DNA of 64,000 nucleotides from Candidatus Firestoneibacteriota bacterium (GTDB lineage Bacteria; Oederibacteriota; D2-FULL-39-29; CAIOVX01): NCBI GenBank assembly GCA_903861835.1, contig CAIOVX010000091.1, positions 47,610 to 111,609 of the forward strand, read 5' to 3'. Shown piece by piece: positions 57,629 to 64,000 of this stretch (position 1 is its first letter; each line of letters starts with the position of its first letter). The notes under the pieces were generated by a model. It saw only the letters and a program-made list of their open reading frames with translations, ran no database searches and was not told where the DNA came from. The position numbers and the translations under genes were made by a program.

Positions 57629-59155
57629 TTACTCGCCGGCGCGGAACGGGGAGGCAGGCATTCCGTCCTTGTTGAAAAGATTCACGTCCGGGCAATTCGC
57701 CCAGCCGTACTTGACGCCGGCCGGCGAAGAGACTTTATCGCAGGTAAGTATAACCGAGTCGCCGGAAACTTTAGCATCTGCGGGGAAATAGATCTTATTC
57801 CTTCCCGCGACCGCAAAACCCTTCAACTTCTCTCCCTTAACAACCAGCCCGTTTTCGGCGTGTTTGAACTTTACGGTCAGCGTTCCTCCGGTAACCTTTA
57901 ATGAATCAAATATTGGGCTGCAGTAGTCAGGGACAATTTTCTTGTACTTAACCACAAGCGCGGCCTTCGCAAGCCGCTCGCCGATAGGCAGTTTGTCTAC
58001 GGGATGCGCGGTGTTTGTGTCCTCGTTATCTATAGCCGAGACCATGGCCGTGTTCGGCAAGGAAAGCGCGGCCATCTGGGCTTCGCGCGCTTCCGCGTAC
58101 TGGCTTGTCCTGTTCGGATCCGCGGTCTTCTGCCCGACGCTCGCAAGCTGGACAAAGAGGAACGGCAGGTCAGCTATGGAAAATTCCTTTCTCAAGGTTT
58201 TTACCAGGGCTATATTTTCTTTGGCAAAATCCTGCCCCTGGCTGTTGAAGTAAACATCCTTTGCCACATTGGATTCACCCTGATACCAGAGCACGCCGGC
58301 AACAGCCAGAGGCAGCAGCGGTGAAACTCTGCAGTGGTAAATGCCGCCGAACGCAAGTTCCGGGGGAATAATCGGATTTGGAGGATACTTATTCCTCTTA
58401 TCTTCGGGAGCGTTCTTCCAATCGGCGTATTTTTTATCGTAGTCCGCCTTGGAAGCGTCATAAGCTTTTTCCGCGGCTGCTATTTTTTCCGCCCATCCGG
58501 GAAGGTCAGCATTATTATCAAAAGCGCTTCTGGGCAGCCATTGTTCAATGGTTGTGCCGCCGCAGCCCTCGTCTATCAAGCCTACCGGTACTTTTAATTC
58601 TTTATTTAGATACCTGCCGAAGAAATAACCGATGGCAGTGCAATCACCGCCAAACTTTGGATCAAACGCAACCCACTGGCTTATATTCTGAAAATCTTCC
58701 TGCGGTTTGCCGGCTGCAGGACCGCGGGTCAGGAAGAACCTTATTTGTGGATTATTCGCGTTCTTTACTTCTTCCGCCCCATTCTTGGCAAGCCGCATGA
58801 CCCAGGCCATATTACTCTGTCCGGCGCAGACCCAAAGCTCGCCGACTAAGATATTCTTTACTTTTAGAGTGTTCGTCCCGGTAACGGTGAGTTCCAGCGC
58901 CCTCTCGCTTCCCTTCATAGCTGGCAGCTCGCATTGCCAGGAACCGGAATCCAAAGCGGTGGTCTTCGCCGTATTTCCGTCCAGGGAAACGCTTACGCGC
59001 TCCCTCTTGTCGGCCCAACCCCAGACTTTAAACTTCACGCCCTGCTGTATTACCATATTGTCGCTGAGCAATCTCGGGAGGCGTACTTTTGCTTGAAGCG
59101 GAAAGAAATTTGAAAATACCACAAAGGCAAGAATAATGAAAAGTGCTCTGCGCAT
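57629..59155 (-). CDS. Sialate O-acetylesterase-like SGNH hydrolase
   Basis: Signal peptide, and the VGELWVCAGQSNMA motif typical of sialic acid 9-O-acetylesterases. 508 aa. Confidence 0.65.
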   Translation of the reverse strand: MRRALFIILAFVVFSNFFPLQAKVRLPRLLSDNMVIQQGVKFKVWGWADKRERVSVSLDGNTAKTTALDSGSWQCELPAMKGSERALELTVTGTNTLKVKNILVGELWVCAGQSNMAWVMRLAKNGAEEVKNANNPQIRFFLTRGPAAGKPQEDFQNISQWVAFDPKFGGDCTAIGYFFGRYLNKELKVPVGLIDEGCGGTTIEQWLPRSAFDNNADLPGWAEKIAAAEKAYDASKADYDKKYADWKNAPEDKRNKYPPNPIIPPELAFGGIYHCRVSPLLPLAVAGVLWYQGESNVAKDVYFNSQGQDFAKENIALVKTLRKEFSIADLPFLFVQLASVGQKTADPNRTSQYAEAREAQMAALSLPNTAMVSAIDNEDTNTAHPVDKLPIGERLAKAALVVKYKKIVPDYCSPIFDSLKVTGGTLTVKFKHAENGLVVKGEKLKGFAVAGRNKIYFPADAKVSGDSVILTCDKVSSPAGVKYGWANCPDVNLFNKDGMPASPFRAGE

Positions 59156-59170
59156 ATTACCTCCGAATCA

Positions 59171-61591
59171 TCAGAACAGCTTTATTCTCTTTACCGGAAT
59201 TCTTTTCACCTCTATTTCATCAGTTTCAAGTATCAGCGCCAGAAGCTTGAAAATATTGCTCGGTCCGGGCCGGTTAAGTCTCACACCTATATAGAGTTTG
59301 CCGTCCTTGGCTTCCATTTTATCTATCGTTTCCGGGAGCTTAGTTCCCTCCCTTACCTTAAAACCTGCAATATCGGCTTCATAGACGGCGTAGGAGAATT
59401 CGCTTTTTATTACCGCCGGGATCTTTTCCGCCGAGATTATCCGTATTCCCTCCGGAGAAGCTTTCTTCAGCGCCGCTTCAACCGCGGGCCTGTCAAAGCT
59501 GCCGTAAAGTTCAAAATCAAAACTTTCCGCTTCACTTGAAACCCCCACGGAGAGCGCAGGCGAGAACGCAGTTTTTACATGGGGATTGAAACCGTCCGAG
59601 AAAACCACGCTCAGTCCGGTCCTCATCAATATATGATGAACGGTGTTTAAGGCATCGAGATGCGAGATGAACTTTGCCCGTTCCGTTTTGGCGTACTTCA
59701 CGCGTATTTTAATTGCCGCTCCCGCCGGAGTTCTCGTATGCCTCGGTTCTTCAATGCCTTCCGGGAGAGAAACCGGCTTGCATTCGTTTTCAAGACCGCA
59801 GTTATTGCAGCCTTCTTTCGCGCAATTTGGCGTTGTCTCGGCCCGCTTGGCCTTCTCGTTCTCTTCCTTCAGAAATTCTTTTCTTACACCTGTGTCAAGG
59901 AGGTCCCAAGGCAGAACTTCTTCATAGCCTCTTTCCCTGTTGGCGTAGAACGCCGGATCCAGCCCGTTCTCTTTGAAAGCCTCCGCATAGCGGGAAGCCG
60001 AGAAGAGTTCGTGCCAGGCGTCAAACCTCGCGCCTTTATTGTAAGCCGAAAGCAGCACTCCCGAAAGACGCCTATCTCCGCGGGCAAAAGCCCCTTCAAG
60101 CGCCGAAAGATCAACACTGTGCCATTTAATCCACTTGGGATTCACTACCTTGCGAAGTATATCTATCTTCTGTTTAAAGCTCTGCTCGGTGTCCTGGGCC
60201 ATCCACTGGAACGGAGTGTGGGGCTTGGGCACAAAGAAGGCAACATTAACCGTAAGCCCCCTGAATCTTTTGTTCTGCAGGCGCCCGAGCTGGTTTATTT
60301 TTTTCGCCAGATCCCCTATAGCCGTGATATCTGATTCGGTTTCGCCCGGAAGTCCAAGCATAAAGTACATCTTTATGTTCTCCCAGCCGCCCGCAAACGC
60401 CTTTTCGGCGGCAGAAAGCACTTCGGCCTCGGATATAGGCTTATTTATCGCAGCACGCAGTTTCTCGGTTGCCGCTTCCAGCGCGAAAGTCAGCGTGGAC
60501 CTTCTTACTTTAGAAAGTTTTGCGGCGATGCTTGCCGAGAAAGCGTCAATCCTCGAAGAAGGCAGAGCTATTGAGACATGCTTCCCGGAGAATTCGCTCT
60601 CAACAGCAGTTGCCAGCGGTTCAATGCCGGAATGGTCTGTTGAAGAAAGTGAGGACAGTGAAATCTCGTTATAACCCGTATCGGCCTGCGAGGCCCGGGT
60701 AAGTTCCATTAGTTTATTGACGCTTCTCTCTCTGACCGGCCGTGTGGACATTCCGCTGACGCAGAACCTGCAGCCGCGGGCGCAGCCCCGCATTATCTCA
60801 AGGGTCACGCGGTCCTGCACCACATTCATATACGGAACGATAGGCGAAACAGGGAAATAAGCTTTATCAAGATCCCTCACCCAGGTCTTTCTGACACGGT
60901 CCGGCGCCGCTTTCTCGTTCTTTCCGTAGCTTTTTACCGTACCGTCAGCCGCATATTCAGGAGAATAGAAGGACGGAACGTAAACGCCTTCAATTGTGCA
61001 GGCCAGTTTTAGGAACTCTTTCTTTGAGAGTTTTTCCTTTTTTTTCTTCTCGAGCAGAGCCGCCAGAGCGACTATGCTCTCCTCTCCGTCGCCTACTACA
61101 AAAAGGTCGAAGAAATCCGCGAGCGGTTCGGGATTGAACGCCGAAGGGCCGCCGCCAAGAATAACCGGATCCTCCTCCTTTCTTTTTGAAGCAAGGAACT
61201 CAAGCCCCGAAAGGTCCAGGAGCTGCAGCACATTGGTGAAAGTCATTTCGTACTGGAGCGTTATTCCGATACAGTCAAATTCTTTTGCGGGCGTAAAAGT
61301 TTCAAGGGAGTAGAGCGGCACGCCATGCTCGCGCATTATTTTTTCCATATCCGGCCAGGGCGAGAAGGCCCGTTCTGCAAGGCAGTTTGGAAGGCCGTTC
61401 AGGATACCGTAGAGGATCTTTAACCCGAGATAGGACATCCCTATCTCGTAGACCTCCGGGAAGGCCAGCAGAAACTTTGCCTCTGTGGAAGCGTGAGCTT
61501 TCACGACGGAGTTGTACTCTCCGCCGGAATACCTCACCGGCTTCTGAACAAAGGGCAGTATGTCTTTATATAATTTCTCTTTTAGCGTCAT
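59171..61591 (-). CDS. B12-binding-domain radical SAM protein (TIGR03960-like) fused to a DUF2344 (TIGR03936-like) C-terminal domain
   Basis: CARGCRFC radical SAM cluster motif, and an N-terminal B12-like domain. The 806-aa length implies a fused DUF2344 domain. It has conserved synteny next to rodA and mrdA. Confidence 0.7.
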   Translation of the reverse strand: MTLKEKLYKDILPFVQKPVRYSGGEYNSVVKAHASTEAKFLLAFPEVYEIGMSYLGLKILYGILNGLPNCLAERAFSPWPDMEKIMREHGVPLYSLETFTPAKEFDCIGITLQYEMTFTNVLQLLDLSGLEFLASKRKEEDPVILGGGPSAFNPEPLADFFDLFVVGDGEESIVALAALLEKKKKEKLSKKEFLKLACTIEGVYVPSFYSPEYAADGTVKSYGKNEKAAPDRVRKTWVRDLDKAYFPVSPIVPYMNVVQDRVTLEIMRGCARGCRFCVSGMSTRPVRERSVNKLMELTRASQADTGYNEISLSSLSSTDHSGIEPLATAVESEFSGKHVSIALPSSRIDAFSASIAAKLSKVRRSTLTFALEAATEKLRAAINKPISEAEVLSAAEKAFAGGWENIKMYFMLGLPGETESDITAIGDLAKKINQLGRLQNKRFRGLTVNVAFFVPKPHTPFQWMAQDTEQSFKQKIDILRKVVNPKWIKWHSVDLSALEGAFARGDRRLSGVLLSAYNKGARFDAWHELFSASRYAEAFKENGLDPAFYANRERGYEEVLPWDLLDTGVRKEFLKEENEKAKRAETTPNCAKEGCNNCGLENECKPVSLPEGIEEPRHTRTPAGAAIKIRVKYAKTERAKFISHLDALNTVHHILMRTGLSVVFSDGFNPHVKTAFSPALSVGVSSEAESFDFELYGSFDRPAVEAALKKASPEGIRIISAEKIPAVIKSEFSYAVYEADIAGFKVREGTKLPETIDKMEAKDGKLYIGVRLNRPGPSNIFKLLALILETDEIEVKRIPVKRIKLF

Positions 61592-61592
61592 A

Positions 61593-62687
61593 TTAACTTG
61601 AGAACTTCTTTATCGAGGCGTGCACGTTCAATAATATTCCAATCAACGCCATTGTGAAGAGCAAAGAGGAGCCGCCGTAACTCAAAAGCGGAAGCGGAAC
61701 TCCGACGACCGGAAGTATCCCGATGGTCATGCCAATATTCATAAAGAGCTGTGTGGTTAGCAGAGTCACGACGCCGGAGGCAAGCAGCATTCCGGCCTTA
61801 TCCTTGGCGTGCATAGCAATCTTTAACCCTTCAAGTATGAGCATCAGGTAGACCACCAACAGCAGAAAAACAAGCAGGAAACCCATCTCCTCGCCGACCA
61901 CTGAAAAGATGAAATCAGTGTGGTGCTCGGGAATGAAATTCAGCTGGCTCTGAGTGCCTTTCATAAAGCCCTTCCCAAATATGCTCCCGGAACCCACCGC
62001 AATCTTAGACTGGATGATGGAATAGCCGTTGCCGAGCGGGTCGCTTTCCGGAGTCAAAAACGACAGCAGGCGGTTCTTCTGATAAGTCTTCATCAGCGTA
62101 AAATAATACACCGGAGCGGAAATGACCAGCAAGGTTATAAGGTAGCCGAGATACCTAAGACTGACTCCGCCCACATAAAGCAAACAGAAAAAGAGCGGTA
62201 CAAAGACCAGCCCGGTGCCAAGGTCCGGCTGCACTATTATCAGAACCAACGGAATAACCGTCATCACGCCGATCTTTATGAGGCCTTCAAGCACTTCTGA
62301 TTTACCCTTGTTATCCAGGATAAACCTTGAAAGCGCCAGGGGCATCGTAAACTTCGCGAGCTCGGACGGCTGAAAAGTGAACGGCCCGATATGAAACCAC
62401 CTCATACTCCCTCGAAAGAAAAGCAGGAGAATGAGGAGAATCACCGTGAACCAATAAAGTTTGTCAGCTATCTCTATCCAGGTTGAATAATTAATATAGC
62501 TTACCACAAACATCACTGCCAGGCCAATGACGGCCCACATTATCTGCCTGAGGTAGAAGGTTTTGTAAAGCGCGCGATATTCCACGCTGTTCGTCGCGGA
62601 ATAAATCATAAGCACGCTGAAGACAAGCAGCACGCTCACGCAGGAGAGTATGACAATATTAAAAGTCTTTATTGGCGCTCTTGGCAT
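61593..62687 (-). CDS. rodA: Peptidoglycan glycosyltransferase RodA (SEDS family)
   Basis: 10-TM FtsW/RodA/SpoVE-family protein. It sits downstream of the PBP2 gene. Confidence 0.85.
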   Translation of the reverse strand: MPRAPIKTFNIVILSCVSVLLVFSVLMIYSATNSVEYRALYKTFYLRQIMWAVIGLAVMFVVSYINYSTWIEIADKLYWFTVILLILLLFFRGSMRWFHIGPFTFQPSELAKFTMPLALSRFILDNKGKSEVLEGLIKIGVMTVIPLVLIIVQPDLGTGLVFVPLFFCLLYVGGVSLRYLGYLITLLVISAPVYYFTLMKTYQKNRLLSFLTPESDPLGNGYSIIQSKIAVGSGSIFGKGFMKGTQSQLNFIPEHHTDFIFSVVGEEMGFLLVFLLLVVYLMLILEGLKIAMHAKDKAGMLLASGVVTLLTTQLFMNIGMTIGILPVVGVPLPLLSYGGSSLLFTMALIGILLNVHASIKKFSS

Positions 62688-64000
62688 ACTTCTCCTTTTT
62701 AATTTTAAAATAGGCCTCTATCACGGCTTTAACTACCGGGGCCGCGTCAGTTCCGCCGCCGCCGCCCGAACCTTCAAAAAAAGCAATGGCGGATATTTCA
62801 GGATTGTTGAACGGCGCAAAACCAATGAAGGACGCGTGAGACGGACCGTGGGGATTCTCGATGGTAGCTGTTTTCCCTGCGATCGCGAAATTTGACTTTG
62901 CGTTCCTTCCTGTCCCGCCGAGGTTCACCGACTGCCAGAGTCCTTTCTTCACCGTTACAATATCTTCATTCCTGATAGAGATACTTTTTACCGCCGAGGG
63001 AAGAACTTCCTTATCTCCCACTGATTTCACTATGTGCGGGCGGTAAAGCGTGCCGTTGTTAATAAGTATATTGTAAGAATCAAGCATCTGGAGCGGAGTA
63101 GCAAGAAGGTAGCTCTGCCCGATGGCCAGCTGTATGGTGTTTCCCGGGAACCAGTGGGAGTTATGCACTCTCTCCTTCCAGGAAGAATCCGGGACAATGC
63201 CCTTCCTTTCCCCGTCGAGGTCCACTCCGGATTCCGCGCCAAAACCGAAAAGCCGGCTGTAAGCCGCAAGTTTTTCTACCTTGACCAGCAGCCCCGTCTG
63301 GTAAAAGAAAATGTCGCAGGAATGTCCGAGCGCATCTATAATATTCAGACTGCCGTGCCCTTCGAGCTTCCAACAGTTATAATTCCAGTCGGAATACCAG
63401 AAGATGCCGTGGCAGACAAAAAGGTCTTTATCGGTGAGCAGGCGCTCTTCAAGTGCCGCCGTAGCAGTAACTATTTTAAAGGTGGAACCCGGGGAATAGA
63501 GTCCTGAAACCGCCCTGTTAAGAAACGGCATCTCGGGGCTGTTAATCAGCCCTGTCCACTCCCTCTTATCCAATTTGCCGCTGAAAATATTTGAATTGAA
63601 GCCCGGATGGCTTACCAGCGCGTAAATCTCGCCGTTTTTCGGATTCATCGCAATGACGCAGCCTTTGCGCCCGCGGATAAGTTCCTCACAGGCGTTTTGC
63701 AGTTTCGCGTCAATAGTAAGCGTAAGATCCGTCCCCTTCACAAAGGGCTTGCTGCCGGCCGGTTTAATCTGGCGCCCCGCGGAATCCACGACAATTTCCT
63801 TTGAGCCGTTCACGCCGCGGAGTATCTCGTCATAGCGCTTCTCCACGCCGGCCCTGCCTATGGAATCTCCGATGGAATACTTGTTGTTGGACACCTCTTC
63901 CATATTTGATTCGCCGACATAGCCGAGCGCATGGCAGGCGTTTTCTTTTCCGGTGAAATTACGCTTTGGCTCTGTATCAACCCTGACTCCGGGAAGATTG
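62659..64000 (-). CDS. mrdA: Penicillin-binding protein 2 (transpeptidase), C-terminal portion; the N-terminus lies beyond the window end
   Basis: Transpeptidase motifs STFK, SNN and KTAT-like (KTATIEN). The frame stays open upstream of the tracked M through to nt 64000 (...HALGYVGESN...). Confidence 0.8.
   Translation of the reverse strand, partial: NLPGVRVDTEPKRNFTGKENACHALGYVGESNMEEVSNNKYSIGDSIGRAGVEKRYDEILRGVNGSKEIVVDSAGRQIKPAGSKPFVKGTDLTLTIDAKLQNACEELIRGRKGCVIAMNPKNGEIYALVSHPGFNSNIFSGKLDKREWTGLINSPEMPFLNRAVSGLYSPGSTFKIVTATAALEERLLTDKDLFVCHGIFWYSDWNYNCWKLEGHGSLNIIDALGHSCDIFFYQTGLLVKVEKLAAYSRLFGFGAESGVDLDGERKGIVPDSSWKERVHNSHWFPGNTIQLAIGQSYLLATPLQMLDSYNILINNGTLYRPHIVKSVGDKEVLPSAVKSISIRNEDIVTVKKGLWQSVNLGGTGRNAKSNFAIAGKTATIENPHGPSHASFIGFAPFNNPEISAIAFFEGSGGGGGTDAAPVVKAVIEAYFKIKKEKYAKSANKDF

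Noticed and set aside
1-64000. Search for tRNA, rRNA, integrase or transposase genes, or a prophage
   Set aside because: No intergenic region is long or GC-structured enough for a tRNA. No recombinase or transposase signatures were seen in any ORF translation.

Overview
This 64 kb window is almost fully coding and looks like a Gram-negative (diderm), probably anaerobic bacterium from a poorly characterised lineage, at roughly 50% GC. I found no rRNA or tRNA genes, no CRISPR array and no obvious mobile element.

Most genes are on the minus strand. In order of coordinate the window holds:
- a YfhO-family membrane protein running off the window start, then a TPR protein;
- aroK and aroC directly downstream of a type IV pilus assembly cluster (pilQ, a PilO-PilP fusion, an extended PilN, pilM, pilD);
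- a TolC / HlyD-adaptor / MacB-like-permease efflux operon with no ATPase gene;
- folD;
- an oxidative-stress operon: flavin reductase, rubredoxin (52 aa, missed by the ORF track), a flavodoxin-like protein, desulfoferrodoxin and rubrerythrin;
- a SIMPL-like secreted protein and ychF;
- an ABC exporter (ATPase and permease) co-operonic with a secreted glycosidase-like protein;
- mltG, ruvX, ubiB, a phasin-like protein, alaS and recX;
- rfbD, rfbB, rfbC and a short-form rfbA;
- an OppA-type substrate-binding protein, secG and tpiA;
- a homocysteine S-methyltransferase-domain protein and a LeuA/homocitrate-family synthase that may be a Re-citrate synthase;
- a glycan-degradation island from about 38.2 to 50.5 kb: a BNR sialidase-like protein, a heparinase II/III-like lyase, two further paralogs of the secreted glycosidase-like protein (possibly GH123/DUF4091), a URO-D-family protein, a GH4 glycosidase and a divergent AraC regulator;
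- an outer-membrane beta-barrel protein and a MarC-family protein;
- a plus-strand central-metabolism cluster: icd, mdh, fumA, fumB, pyk;
- a sialate O-acetylesterase, a TIGR03960 radical SAM protein fused to a DUF2344 domain, rodA and a partial mrdA.

The most unusual signals are non-coding:
- a composite tandem-repeat element present three times within the glycan island, always in the 5' region of minus-strand genes;
- a conserved ATTACGCAGATTA / GATTA-array motif upstream of four unrelated genes;
- TAACGTT repeats with 9-nt periodicity at two intercistronic junctions.
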